A DNA stretch of 64,000 nucleotides from Thalia democratica (lineage: Eukaryota), in NCBI GenBank assembly GCA_965202585.1, contig OZ241829.1, positions 7,316,001 to 7,380,000 on the forward strand. Reading direction: 5' to 3'. The first letter of the stretch is position 1, and every line of letters starts with the position of its first letter. The notes beneath the pieces are model-generated. The model was not told the DNA's origin. It saw nothing but the letters and a program-made list of their open reading frames with translations, and ran no database searches. Of the stretch, positions 21,901 through 36,600 are shown in pieces. The position numbers were made by a program, and so were the translations under genes.

Positions 21901-24900
21901 GTGAAATTTATGCTAAACTAAGTTTAAACTGTATAAGACTACAAAGTGATGACGTAATAATAGTAAAAAGGTAAAAATGAAAAATATCACATAATTACTT
22001 GAAAAATCGTGGACAAAAACAGTCTGATTTATTAGAGTCTAATTTAAAAAATGCCTAAACTGTTTTATACAAGTTAAGACGTAAATACTTACTTGTGTAA
22101 ATGGAAAACTTTAGCGTAGATTTTCCAAAATTTAAGTTGTTGTGGAGTGACAACGATACTAATTAAAACGAGAAGTTAATGTACTCACTTACTTTGTATA
22201 GTTTATCAAGTAACCAACAAAAGATGTTATCAGACCTGCTGATCAACAAAGTAATAATAAATATAATGAAAACAGTGGTCCAACTTGAAATAGACATATA
22301 CCAAATGTTAAATGTAATATAAATTAATTCAATGTACCTACTACAGAATGTTACTTAACATATAAGTTTTAGTAGATAATTATAAATGCCATAACAACTA
22401 AACAAATGATTAGCTTTGATGTATTACAAACTTGCCATAACTAACTTTCAATTGACCTTTATACACAAACAAACATATTTAATACATACTAGGTATTTAA
22501 TACTGTGTAACAATGTAATTAGTTAAATGACGACAATAAAATGATCCTGATAAATAAAATTACAAAGTAAGTTGAAGTGTTTATTATAGAATAATACCAG
22601 GCTGTCTACTACAAATCTGTAGCGTTTGTAGTACGACACCAAAGATACATACTATAAAACATAAAACTTTACTTGTAATTTATATATGTTAATATTGAGT
22701 TTAAAAGAAAAATAACATACCAAAAAATTGTGCGTAACTACTCGTACATCAAACAAAAAACTAATTAGGTGCCGACCAGCATAAGGACGCGGCCTAAAGG
22801 ACGGCTTTCGTTATTTGTGCAAAAGTCCCGGGAGCAAGAGCTGCTCCGATAGGAGCAGCTCGCAGCGGAAGGGACTTATGCACAAATAACGAAAGCTGTC
22901 CGCTACCACTTTAACTCAAAACCGAACTACTTCTTAGAGCTCAGTACCACACTTTTATCTGGTTTGGCTGTCAGGCTTACTAACTGGGCTCCAAGCGTAA
23001 TTAGGTTTTCAAGAAAAAATGGTTGGGAGTAAAAGTGAAAAATTTTTCGCCGGCGGAGCCGGCGAAATGACTAAAAAATGATTTTTTAAATAATCTACCC
23101 AAAAATTTTCCAAAAAAGTTTTGATTTGGGGAAATCCCCATTTTGAAAAAAACTTGTGCGGCTTGGCTTAAAAATTAAGTGACTACCTTATAGCGTACTC
23201 CTTAAACATAACCCTAACTTACTACCATATAGTTGTTAACTAAAAAATGAATGTCTTTTTAGGTGGTTGTAGTAGGATTAATCTTAATTTGGAATATTAT
23301 TAATTTTTCGAAGGTGTTATCATTGTAATAATAAATACCTATAACCATAAAATTCGTGTGAGACATGTTAAATAGTCTTTTCTTTTTGGAATGTTTGTTG
23401 TGACACAGTCTAATAACAGTATCCAAAACTTATAACTTAAATTTGAGTACTGCTAACTTAAACATTTTGATTTGATGTTATGTTAACACAATATCAATCG
23501 AAAACTTTAATAAAATAAATGCTTACTGTTCTTATTAGGCTGATTTACAACAAATATTCAAAAAAAAAAAGCCATTTTCACATGTCATTCTATAAAGCCA
23601 CTGCAAATCATACTTGATCTAGTCAGATAAGAGTCTGGCTTTTGTCAGCTAGTAACAGTTGCTTATAATAACTCTATAAAACATTAAATGGTTATCAAAG
23701 ATTTGCTAGCTTTTAAATACACTTCATAAACACTACAAGTAACAAACAACCAGACTCTTATCTAATTTAGTTATATTAGCATTATCAATTATTACACTAT
23801 GCTACATAATTCTAAAATATTTATCAGGAAAAACAGTGGTTAATCATTTCTTGTTATGTTTTGAACAGTTCAGAGACATAGACATGCTTGTATATTTTTT
23901 CAAAGACTAACTATTACTAAATGTTCAAATACTCTTTGATAAGAATTTCTATGGTGACACTGTCTAATAGTATATCATAAGTTTTTGTTCTACATCATCA
24001 AACAGCATTTGTATAATGAAACCAACAAAATAATATTTGATTTAATGCTACACATAGTATCAAGCTGAAGATTAAACAAATACTTGTTTTATAATATCAC
24101 TATTAAAATTCCAAACAAAGACTATTTTTGAGTACTATTAATACTCCAAAAATTAAGTTTAACACATCAGTACAACATAGCCTTTTTATAAAGATCATAC
24201 ATAGTCAGATAAAGGTCTGGTTTTTGTCAGCTAGTTACATTTAACTTATCATAACTCCATCAACTATAATAACCACTAAATGGTAATCAAAGTAATAATA
24301 CACTTAAACTTTGAATTTTACTGTTAACTATAAACACTAAAAGTGACTGAAACAAACCAGACTCTTATCTAAATTAGTAATATGAACATACAAAAACACT
24401 CAACATAAGTCAGTTGATCAAGCTGCCTTAATGTTGCTTGTGTTCCTACATGTTCACATGTAATAAAGTATATCACTTATACACAAACATTTTACACTAT
24501 AGTTTTAATTGCTTAGTGGATAAAAACATAATAATAAAACATTTACTTTAACCGTTAATAACAATGTGTCTCTAAAAGTGTGCAAAGATTTAAAATTAAC
24601 TGCTTAATTTTAAAGCTTGTAGCATTCAGAGTTACAACAAACAAAAGAACAGCTTGATTTTTAGCTCTAAAATTGTAATTGAACATTTTACATTGTAATC
24701 TTATTACAGAGATTCATAACACATAAGTTTTGACATATAGAAAAGCTAATGAAGTTTAATAGTAACAGCTTTTAGTTAATTTTGCACACTTTAGAAACTC
24801 TATAGGATATTTTATAATCTAAAATTTTCATTGTAATTAATTCATAATTTTATGACTAGCATTTATGAATACCAGGGCTGCCACTCTTCAATTCGAAAAC

Positions 24901-27900
24901 TGTACTCTTTTAACCAAATTTCAGCTTAATTTGAATAAAATTAGAAGCAGCAAAAGCTGTTAATGTACTTTACTTGATATCAATTGAGTTTGAGCACTAA
25001 TTTACACTAATGATATTCTATATTTACAAAAAAATGACAATATTTAATGAAACAATTAATTTTCAAGTATTTAAAATTGAGAAAGCACTACTAAAAAAAT
25101 AAGTTTTGGCAGCCCTGAAAAATAATCTTATATGAAATTTATTATCTTAACATTAACTATTTTGTATAACATATAAAGCACTTACCTCAGTAAGAGCAGT
25201 AAACCAAGAACAGACCTGATATTCAAATTGCCACAAGAAGGTTAGTGGCTACAAGGGTTGATATAGATGACTGCTGTAGAAATAGAAATGTCCAATTTGT
25301 TTGTGCTTAATAAAAACTTTTCAGTGCAACTATGATTAAATAGAAACACATGATAACTCATGTAGCAGACTGCTGATTTGAGACACTTTTTCACCATAAA
25401 GGTAAAGAATTTTCTCTGAAATCATGAAAAAAAAAAAAGATAATTAATCATATGGTAAGAGTAGGAGACTGTTGGTTTGAGATACTTTTTCAACATAAAG
25501 AAAAAACTTTCCTCTGAAATCATAAAATATTAGATAATTAATCATATGATCAGAGTAGAATACTGTTGATTCAAGATACTTTCAAAACATACAGACATTA
25601 TTTACATTTCTTTTCTAGCATAAACAGTTTAAATTTCAACTGTTAAAGACAATGCTAATATTTTTTTCAAACCAAGTAATTTATTTTATGTGTCTGCTTT
25701 TAGTACCTTTTATTACTTACAAAAAGGTAAACTCTAAAATGATTTATGAAAGTAAAGTAAAAAATGACAAGAGCTGCTACCAGTAACACAACATTTTACT
25801 AATGAATGCAATTTCATAAATATTTCTGCAAACAGAATTGAACATGATTATCACCATAAAGTAGAAGTCTGTTGATTTAAGACAATTTTTTAACATACAG
25901 GTAAAGACTTTTCTGTGAAGTTGTCAACAAAAAGAAAGTAAAACACAAGATTGTTACTATAAAGTAGAAATCTGCTGATTTAAGACAGTTTTTCAACATA
26001 CAGGTAAAGACTTTTCTTTGAAGTTGTAAACAAAAAGATAATTAAACACAAGATCATCACTATAAAGTAGAAGTCTGTTGATTTAAATCACTTTGGCAAC
26101 ATGCAGATGATGTAGATTTGTTTTGTGTTCTTTTTTTTCAACCATAAACAGTTCAAGTTTCAACTTTTAAAGACAACTTTGATTTTTTTCATACTAAGTG
26201 ATTTATACTAAGTGATTGGTTTTGAATTGTATGTGCTTGTACTTAAAGTACCTTTTATAACTTACAAAAACTTATAAAAGGAAAACTCTAAAAATACTTA
26301 TGTAAAGAAAGTTTAAGTAAAAATTTGATGACCTACCACTCCTATGAAAACTTTCCTAAAATGAATTGCAATTTCTTAAAAAATTTCTGCAAACAGAATT
26401 TTTGTATAATTACGTAACAAATAAATCTTGTGCAAAAAATTCACTTGGTGACATTCACGAGTTCTCTCTTCTCTCGCTTTGATAATTTTAAGCTAATTTT
26501 AAACTTTTAGCTATACTTTTTTTAAACCTTGGTTTTTTCAAAAAAAAAATTTACCATCATGTCGAGCGCCGAATTCTGCTTCAAAAAACACCAAACACTT
26601 TATAAAAAGGATGAAAAATAAGCAAAATAGAACTTAAAAACTTCAAAGCTTTGAATTTAAATTTTAAGTTTTGTCAAACTTGTAAAAGGTGTTTCACTTT
26701 ATCATAATTATTTCAGTATTATTTGTCAAGTTTCACTAAAGTAAAGATTTAACTTTTTTTTATACTAAAACTTTTTTATGTTTTTCATTTAAAACATAGT
26801 GATAAAAATGACCAATAATCTAACACTTTAAGCTAACAGCTAACATTTACATTGAAAGCTACTGAAATCTAGTTGATAAAACTTATTGATTAGTGTAGTA
26901 CTTATTTATAAATTAATGCTTAACTCTAGAATTAAAGAGAACATTTAGTTGCAATAAGTATGAGAATACACACTTATACAAACACCAATGTTTAGCTTAA
27001 CTTTACAAACTTTAATGGGACGTATCAAAACACTAACAATGCTGTTAAGCAAAGTAAAAAAACGTTAACCTGTTTTTAAACTTTTGTCTATGTTTTTTTA
27101 AAACCTTGTTTTACTTTTAAATAAATTTTACCACCATGTCGAGCACCAAATCCTGCTTAAAAAAACACCAAACAGTTTAAAAAAAGGATGCATATAAAAA
27201 CATTTATAATAGTAAAACGGTTGACTTACTTTTTACTGATCATAGACTTAAGATTTTCTAAATATATTTCCTATTGTTATAAGTATCTAAAATATACATA
27301 TCTATAAATTATATTTGTTGTAAGCGATTTTTTTGATTTATAACCTGTCTATTTTCAAAGCTACTTTATAAACTTCAATCAATAATAAATATTAAAACTT
27401 TTTTATACATATTTTGCGTCATTTTTACAACTTAGCTTAAATTTTTATAAACTTCAAAATATATACTTAATAAACAGATTATTCTACCTTTAATTACGTA
27501 TTAAAGTTGTATAAAGTATGTAAGAATACCCTTTTGCTTTACATTTAAGAATAACTTTTTAATCTAATAGAGTTAATATTATTTCAATGATTTCTAGCTA
27601 TATAAGAAGTTAGTTTTGATAGCTCTATATACATATATTGAATGATAATAAAGACTAACATTCTTTTGCTAATACGTTTATTAATTTAACTGCTGATAAC
27701 AGCAAACAGACCGAAAATCAGCTACTTCAACACCCGTACTTAACCCTAAATTATTAAATTAACTTTAATAAAAACATAAATTAATTGTGGTTTATAGTCT
27801 TAGAAGGATTTTAAACTTTTAAGTTTGAATCAACTCAAAAACTAACGCTGTCGAATGCTATATAAATAAAGTTTTAATGCTAATTTATCAAAACCATCTT

Positions 27901-28026
27901 TAACTATCTGTTTGTTTTCCAATTATTTTTAAACTCTATAGTGTACACAATTTCGTTAAACAAAACTGTAAATAAAAAATGAAAACAAATTTTATTTTAA
28001 AAACCATTTATCCGTTTTAAATAAAG

Positions 28027-30132
28027 TGTCACAGCCAGTTGACGAAGTTGATCTACTTGCCCAGGAGACTTGGTGAGAGTTGGTAAAGGAGAATTGTCTG
28101 GTTTGACTTGAAAAATAACTAAAATTGACGTCACAATGCTGCCAAGTCACCTAGAGTTTAAGGTTAGCCAACATTAGCTTGTAAACTCAATAAAATATTA
28201 AAATAAAGTATATTTCGTCAAACTTTCATAAGTTAAGAGAAAATTATAAGTTTATTAACTTTATCAAAAAATAAGTTTTATATATAGTAATTGTAAACTA
28301 AGCTAACTAGTTGAAAGCTGAAATAAGATTTATTTTTGTCCGAGGAGTCTCTGGAATTAAAAGCGCAACGAGGTCAGGAAACAATTTAATGTTGGTAACC
28401 ATGTTAAATTTATCAATGGAAAGCATATGGTTCATACAGGTAACAATAAACGCTAATGTAAACTTTCAGCGATTATTATTACTTGTTCAGCTAAAGTTTT
28501 AGATAATGTTCAAGCTAATATGGATTTTACCTCGTTATAGTTTTAAGTTAATAGTATAAGTAGCTTTAAAGTTATATTTTTATAAAATTATTTTGAACTT
28601 TTGTTATAGTTTTCTGTGTTTTAGAATTAGTGAATGTTGTTATTATAATAACTTAAATTTTTTAATCAACTTTACGGTTACTGTGTATATAATAATAGTA
28701 GTAAAAAAGTACAATACGTTTTTTTCGTACTATGAATAATAAATACAAATATTTTTTTTATTTTAAAGCTGAAACACATATACTTATTATATTTATTTAA
28801 ACAGGTCTAGTATTGACAGTTAAACCGAATAATGTTGTCATCATAGCAGACCTGACACTAGGAAAGCTGGAAGTTTTGCCTCGAGACCTGCACCTATTCG
28901 ATAGGAGGTTTCAAATACAGCAACTGTTAAAATGTTGTCTAATACAATGTGATGCATGATTGAATAAAAAAAAATCAATTAGAAAAATATGTTGTAGTGC
29001 GAAGTACATATAAACAAGTCGAACGAAAATTAAATATTATATTGATTGTTTGTATTGACAAACAGTTGTTAAAATTTTAATTTTATCATCAATTAATTTT
29101 CAGTTTTAAAGTGACAAAATAAGTCTTTACCACTTTGTCTACAAAATGTCTAGAAATCAGCCCTATCGACTTTAAATGATTAGGCCTTTCTTGAAATTAA
29201 CATTGAGAAAAACTACAAAAAAATTGAAATGAAATAACATTAAGTATATTTGTGAAGACTTTGAAGTATATTTGTGAAGACTTTAAACTTATTTATAAAG
29301 GGCTGCCAACCTCTACCTTAGATTTTTAAAAAACTTTTATGTAGCTATAAAATAATTTCAAGTATGAAACAATCGAAATTTACTTTATTTAATATAGCAA
29401 TAAATTTTATTTTTAAGTATTTTTAATAATTTAAGTAAACTTAGTAGGATTATATTTTTCTGGGCAGTTATATTACCTTTATTGTGTACAGTTTGGTTTG
29501 ACAGGTGCTACAGCAGAATGCGTGTTTTAAATACAAGTGTTTTGTATCTTACATGATTTACCGATTTGAGTAATTTGTACTCAAAGCAATAATATAAAAC
29601 TTTTTTAAAAGTTAAACAAGTACAGTAGGTTTTCGCTTAAGTACGTATCTAGTACGTATCTAATTACAACTAATTTTGAACACTGACCTTAAAGTAAACT
29701 CTACCAATATGAAATTATAAATCTACAGCTTTTTATGTTTGCTTTTTTTGAACTAGAATATCTTAAATAAAAATTCTTTAGAGCAAGTCTTCTACTTTAT
29801 TGGGTGTTGTGAATATAAAACTAGTGCACTGCTAAGCTTTAAAACTTTTGTACGCTAGCTATTACATTATACATATAATTCATATTTTTGTTGAACAGTA
29901 TTAATAAATTGTCTAATATTGTTTCATTTCGTAAATTTAGATAAAACATTTAAGAATTGATGTTAATGAAAAATACGCAAGAAATAAACAATTTAACAGC
30001 GGTCATAAAGTTTTCGGAAAAAATTATTACGGCACAGAATCTGAAGTAATACGAGATTTTGTATTACTTCATTCAAATTATAAAACATTACTAAACTTAG
30101 TTCAAAATATTTATTATTATATGATAATATAA
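28027..30132 (+). pseudogene. SPT5: SPT5-like KOW2-KOW4 relic, second copy
   Basis: Exons 28027-28162, 28345-28439, 28805-~28908 and 29941-30132. KOW2 keeps its frame through T*KITKIDVTMLPSHLEFK but has a TGA; the KOW3 exon is frameshifted. Confidence 0.8.
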
Positions 30133-31134
30133 CATAATAAACTTATTATTTATTTTTTAGTGAATAATAAAACATGTTAGCAAAAGGTGTTTTATAAACT
30201 GATAAGCTTTAAAAGCTATCAATACAATGAACCTTTTCATATTAAAAGCAAATGAAAAAATAAATGATAACTATTGAAAAGTATATTTTTTATCATGTTT
30301 CTGACTAATATGACATTATACTAATTCAATAATGCTGTGAATTCGGACTTATGATGACGTGTTTTGAACTAAACTCTTTTGAAAACCTTTATGTGAGTTG
30401 ACGTTTGTTTATCAGGTTCACTAATAGTATGTATGGGGTATGATGATGCAATTTCTTATAACTTAAGTTTTGACATTTATTCTCGTAATATAAACAAACT
30501 ACTGAGTTAATTTTTTTAGTTTGTTATAGAGTTGTTTTTTATTAAAGATAGTTTATTGAGATAGATTAACAATATTATAATGCTATTAGCTGTTAAAAAT
30601 TATTTATTTATAAAATAAGTTTAACTTTATTTTTAACATTCTGTTAAGTTAACAATATTTTTATAAAAAGTTTTTTTTAAATAGACAATTTATGTTTCAA
30701 TCCATTTTGACAAGTATCATAAAAAGGAAATAACTAGGATATTTTACTGTTTGTCAGTTCAGACCCTTCAATTAATTTTTGAATAACTTGAACTTTATTA
30801 CAATATCAGCAAAAATTATGACATTTTCAAAAGTCTTAATTAGTTACTACAAACCATCTGTTTTATTAGTTGAAAATTGAAATTTACCGTAAAATATTAC
30901 AACTCACTTTATTGTTCTTATTATTATTATATCAAGGTTTTATATATAAGTAAATGATAAAAATTTTAGGAAGTCAAAGTGCAAAATAAATAGTAGTGTT
31001 AAGATATTGAAAAAAAAAAAAGCAAATGAATTACTATTTTTATTGAGGTTATTTTTAAAGTAATTAAAAATCTAAACATTCTACTTTTTTAACAGCTTTA
31101 AAAATTTAGATCAGATAAAATAACTAATAATTGT

Positions 31135-31864
31135 TTAGATAAGTTCTTCCAGTTTCACTCTTGTTACTGGATCTGGATTTAGCATGCGAACAATCAATTC
31201 AAACAAATCCTTTTCTCCAGCGTCGTTCTTATCAAAATAAGACTCTATCTTCTTAACTTCGCCTTTTATGTATACAAACTCTGGCTCTTTCAAAAAATCT
31301 ATTTCATTTTCATCCTTTGACAACTTTTGACCAACCTTCTTCTTTTTATCATCTTCGGTCAATTTCAAGTTTATCCTCTTGATTTCATGTTGAGTAAATG
31401 GACCAATCATCAAGTGGATCATCCTGAAAAGTTCCTGAACAGTATCCACCTTGAAAAGTAATTTTCCTGTAAAAAGTTCGAACAAAGTGCAGCCGATCGA
31501 CCAAACATCGCATGGATACCCGATCTGTTGAAATAATACTAATGTTAAGTTTATAAATCCTAGTTTAATTACGAGGCAAAACATACAAGTACTTTGTTTA
31601 TAAGATTACACTTCTTTTGAAGATAATGGCTTACTCTTTTAAAGATATTTATTTATAATAAGTTGCTTGTTTAAGTAAAGTAGTTTACTTACTGAGTAAT
31701 CTACTTAAACAACCTTGTGGCCCATTATGACGTCAGGAGCGCGGTACTGAAGTGTTGTTATGACGTCAAAGTTGAATTCTTCCTCCCAGTACACAGAGCC
31801 AAGGTCGCACAATTTGATGTCAGGCTTCATGTAAAAATCATTTTTCCACTGGTGGTAGTAATAC
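31135..31864 (-). CDS. CMGC kinase C-lobe exons (31864-31714, 31524-31135), copy 3
   Basis: Same two exons, open; SKDE variant. Confidence 0.85.
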
Positions 31865-31987
31865 CTGTTTAACAAAAATGTAAATAAACTACATATTATT
31901 TAATCATTAACATTTGAATATTAATAAATATCTGTATAGTTTAAAATAGAATAACAAATATTTCTTTAGTAAGACGTATAATGGCAT

Positions 31988-33133
31988 TGAAATTTGAGTT
32001 AAATTACAAACGATATTAATTAAAACTGCTTAAAGCACGTTTTTTAATAAAATTATACTGTTCATTTAGACCTCAAGTTAAACGAACTATGAGTTACCCC
32101 ATAATCGAGTATCACAAAATATACTTGAAATTTAAGTTAAATTACAAACGATATTAATTAAAACTGCTTAAAGCACGTTTTTTAATAAAATTATACTGTT
32201 CATTATAAATATAAAGTTTAAATTAGACCTTAAATTAAACGAACTATGAGTTACCCCATAATTGAGTATCACAAAATATACTTGAAATTTAAGTTAAATG
32301 ACAAACGATATTAATTAAAACTGCTTAAAGCACGTTTTTTAATAAAAATATATTATTCATTAAAAATATAAAGTTTCATTTAGACCTCAAGTTAAACGAA
32401 CTATGAGTTACCCCATAATTGAGTATCACAAAATATACTTGAAATTTAAGTTAAATGACAAACGATATTAATTAAAACTGCTTAAAGCACGTTTTTTAAT
32501 AAAAATATATTATTCATTAAAAATATAAAGTTTCATTTAGACCTCAAGTTAAACGAACTATGAGTTACCCCATAACCGAGTATCACAAAATATACTTGAA
32601 ATTTAAATTAAATTACAAACGAGATTAAATCAAACTGCTTAAAGCACGTTTTTTAATAAAAATATACTATTCATTACAAATATAAAGTTTCATTTAGACC
32701 TCAAATTAAACGAACTATGAGTTACCCCATAATCGAGTATCACAAAATATACTTAAAATTTAAGTTAAATTACAAACGATATTAATTAAAACTGCTTAAA
32801 GCACGTTTTTTAATAAAATTATACTGTTCATTATAAATATAAAGTTTCATTTAGACCTCAAGTTAAACGAACTATGAGTTACCCCATAATCGAGTATCAC
32901 AAAATATACTTGAAATTTAAGTTAAATTACAAACGATATTAATTAAAACTGCTTAAAGCACGTTTTTTAATAAAATTATACTGTTCATTATAAATATAAA
33001 GTTTCATTTAGACCTCAAGTTAAACGAACTATGAGTTACCCCATAATCGAGTATCACAAAATATACTTGAAATTTAAGTTAAATTACAAACGAGATTAAT
33101 TAAAACTGCTTAAAGCACGTTTTTTAATAAAAT
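31988..33133. repeat. 157-bp tandem array, 7 monomers + partial
   Basis: Length fits 138 + 6x157 + ~65 bp. Confidence 0.97.
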
Positions 33134-33335
33134 ACAAATAGAGACCTTATAAGACCAACCAAGCACCTTCTACGACAAATATCGCTCCTACAAAGTACTT
33201 GGCTAGTACTGATTTAACTGCTTCTAGAAAAAATAGTACTTCCATCGTTTTTGGTCCTACACGTGGTTATGATCCACCTGGTTCGAGATTTCTCGGAAGT
33301 CACCTTCAAAAAGAACCCACACCAGTAATTACAAC

Positions 33336-33694
33336 TTGCTTATGCTCGATTTCAATCGCGTAAACTCCACATTAAGCAGGGTCATAAGAAATCAGCAGTC
33401 AGATCACACGCTGTTGGAAGAACTTAACAGCAAATAGACCGTAACCTCAAAACGTATGAAAGTCGCTTTGATTCGCTTGATCAAAGTGCAGCTGATAATC
33501 AAAACCGTTTTGATAACATTGTCAAGCGCTTTGACTATTTTGATAAACTTCATGATGATGCAAAAGGCGAAAGAAGGCAAAGGTGCGCAACCATTGCAAG
33601 TGTGTTACAAGTCGTTTTTCTAATTGCAATAATTGTGTTATTGTCTGTACAGTTGTACTACATTAATCAGCTCTTCTCAAGTTTCTCTGAATAA
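33336..33694 (+). pseudogene. Coiled-coil + TM ORF, copy 3, frameshifted
   Basis: 1-bp deletion at ~33427 (gaacttaacag vs gaacttaagcag). Confidence 0.55.
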
Positions 33695-36600
33695 CTTTTA
33701 TAAATTAATTTCAGACTTCAGACTTGTGATCACCTTCTTTTTCAGTGTCACTTTTATCAGATCTTTTTTTTTATACTCTTTTGATTTATTGTCAATTTTT
33801 ACCGCCTTAGCTGTTAATTCAGTTATTCGTTTTTAATAAATATTTATAAAATTAACTTTGTTATATTATTTATTATAATTAGTTTAAAAGATAAATAGTA
33901 TCAGCATTATATATACTAACTATAAAACAAGAAAATAGTTCACAAAAAAAATAGAAATGAAGAAAAGTAACCTACCTTTTAGGAGCTGTAACATAGATGC
34001 TAATTAAAGTAAAAATTCTTAGTTATTGAAAATAGTTAAACTAAAAAAATAAGATTAAAAAAGTCAACGAAATTTTGTTAGTTAAAAAGTTTTGCAGTGC
34101 GGACTCGAACTCGGGTCTCTGGATTGGAAGGCACCGGTGGTGACCTCTCCGCCATGATTCCACTTGGATACTATTACATTTTCGAGTATACATAACAAAA
34201 TTATTTTCATAATCGATGTTTTGGCAACTATCAATGAAACTCGAACCCAAAATATTTTATTGGAATAAGCACAATGGAGTTAATTTGAAGCTGTATCAAA
34301 AAGTAGTGTATAAATACAACATTAAACAATTTTTGATGATTTTTATACCTTTCAAAGACAGTTCACTTGTTAACACACTATTGCACAGTCAGTTAGTTTT
34401 ACTATTAATCTAATCGCAACCCTTACCGTTGGTCAGTAATTTTTTTTCTTAACATATTCAAAGAAAGCTTTTTGGTATCATTGCTCATTTTCCGAAAAAA
34501 AAAACTGGAAAACTTACAAAAAGTCATAAAAATAACATAAAATCAAAAATTCCTCAACAAAACTTCATTTGAGTCGTTTCAAAATGTTCACAATCTGTTT
34601 GTGTGTAGCCACATTTAAAATAAATCAGCTTAAAACTCCAAGGTCGCTTTTTTTTGATCCCATTTTGCATTGGCGTGGAAATTAGAAAATCGGTTTGAGG
34701 TAAGGTGAAAGTTTCTTCAAATCATTTAAGTCAACACAGAAAAATTAACACCAAAGCATAACTTTTTTAACAACTTTTCTAACCATATTTTAGTTCTTTG
34801 TGTTTGTTTTTAATGAAATTAGAACTATTCTATTCAATTTATGTTTTTTGAACTAAGTTTATTCTATTCGTTGATATTTGTAAATACCTTCTGTTACGGA
34901 ATTATTGTTTTGAAAACGGAATACTTTTGTACATAGTAAAGTTAAAGAATAATTTAAGATGCTGACTAATTAAACCTAAAATATTGATAAAATTTTATCA
35001 ATAAAACTGGTTACCACCGGTCTCGATCTCGCGACCTTCTGCTCACGCATAAGGTCGGCGATCGCTGAACCACACAACCACTTGCTTGTTGACTTCAATG
35101 CTGGTATATAAAGTTTAAAAACTTTAGATTTATATAAGTTCATTTAGTACTTATTAGTTTACCTTTCTGTAAATTGCTATTATTTTTTATTTGAAACATA
35201 TTTACAAAGATAAGACTGTTTTTTTTTACACATAACGTTTACGTGAATTTTAATACTTGAAAGTTTTCCATTCAAAAGCTGCATAAGCAGAGCAAGTGTA
35301 CTTATTAAAGGCAGTTTAGATTTTTGTTGCTTAAATCTAATTTAAAAGAACAAAACTGATTAAATGCTTTGATAATAAGAAAAATTCAGCAAAACTTTTT
35401 TTTGTACATTTAAAGTATTAAAACTTTATAAATTAAACAAACTTATCCAGCTTTAATTAGCTATTATGGCAAAACAGATGCAAATATAACCTAACAGTTT
35501 ATATATTATCGAAAATCAGAACTAAAGCAAAGGAGATATATTTCAAAATTAAAATCAACATTATAACAGTATTTATATCACAAAGCAAAGTTTTAGAAAC
35601 ATCACAAGCATTTACGTTGTCGTTTTTATATTTTGTTGAACCAGCCAGTAATGAAAATTATATGGGTATGAATAAAATGTGGTAGAATATCTAAATTTTT
35701 AAATCATCAATGCCAGGAATTCTAATTTACCTGCCTGGACTTTTATGTCAAATAAATTCACGTGGTTGCTTATAATAATGATAAATTTAAGATTATTGAT
35801 TGTAATGTCTAATTAAGCAGAAGTATAATAAAGAATGTAAGGCTGAACTACATTAATCCCAGGCGTTTCTACAGTTAAAAGACCAAGTTTACCCTTCATT
35901 TTACATAGACGAAATGATTTGATTTTTTAAAATAATGAAAGGTGTTAAGGTTAACCGAGAAAAAAAAGATACTTTAAAAAACTTAAACTTAGTAGATGTA
36001 CTTCAAAACATAGGTAAAAAGGATATTAATGTCTTTCAAACTAATTAACAGCAAATTTATGCTTAGATATAAGACATTAGAAAGCATTGTATATGATACA
36101 CATAAAAAACCCTGTAGACCAAAACCTTGGCTTAGATGGCACTAAATAATTGTTATTAAAATATAACTAAAAATAAAAACTTAAAATTATAATGGTACTT
36201 AGTCGGTGTAACGGTATTTGATTTATTTATCAAAAGTACAGAGCTGGTACCTACCATTGTTTATTTATTTTAACACATACGGTGGTAAATAAAGTTACAT
36301 ATAATGGTTAAATCTAATAGAGACCTTTAAACTCATAAAGGCTCTAAATGGAATTTTATTTGAACTGTAATTATTACTTAAAAGAAACAGTTTAATGTTT
36401 TAAATTTATAGCTAAATACATATGTTGTTTGTGATATAAAACTAGAAACGATCATGTAAATCATATAAAAATTAGATTCATTTATATACAGCAGTAAAAT
36501 ATTTAAGAGCTAATTGCCATATATATTTGTATCTGTTAGTTTAATTAAGATGCACATTATCCAATACATGGACATATAGTTAGTGTTATTCATTACTATA

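Larger units (their letters stand above)
13995..30032. repeat. Large tandem repeat unit 2 (16,038 bp)
   Basis: Collinear with unit 1; longer because the 157-bp array has 15 monomers. Confidence 0.97.

Noticed and set aside
28311-28502. 63-aa ORF (also 53886-54077) as an independent gene
   Set aside because: It is an alternative frame over the SPT5 KOW3 exon.
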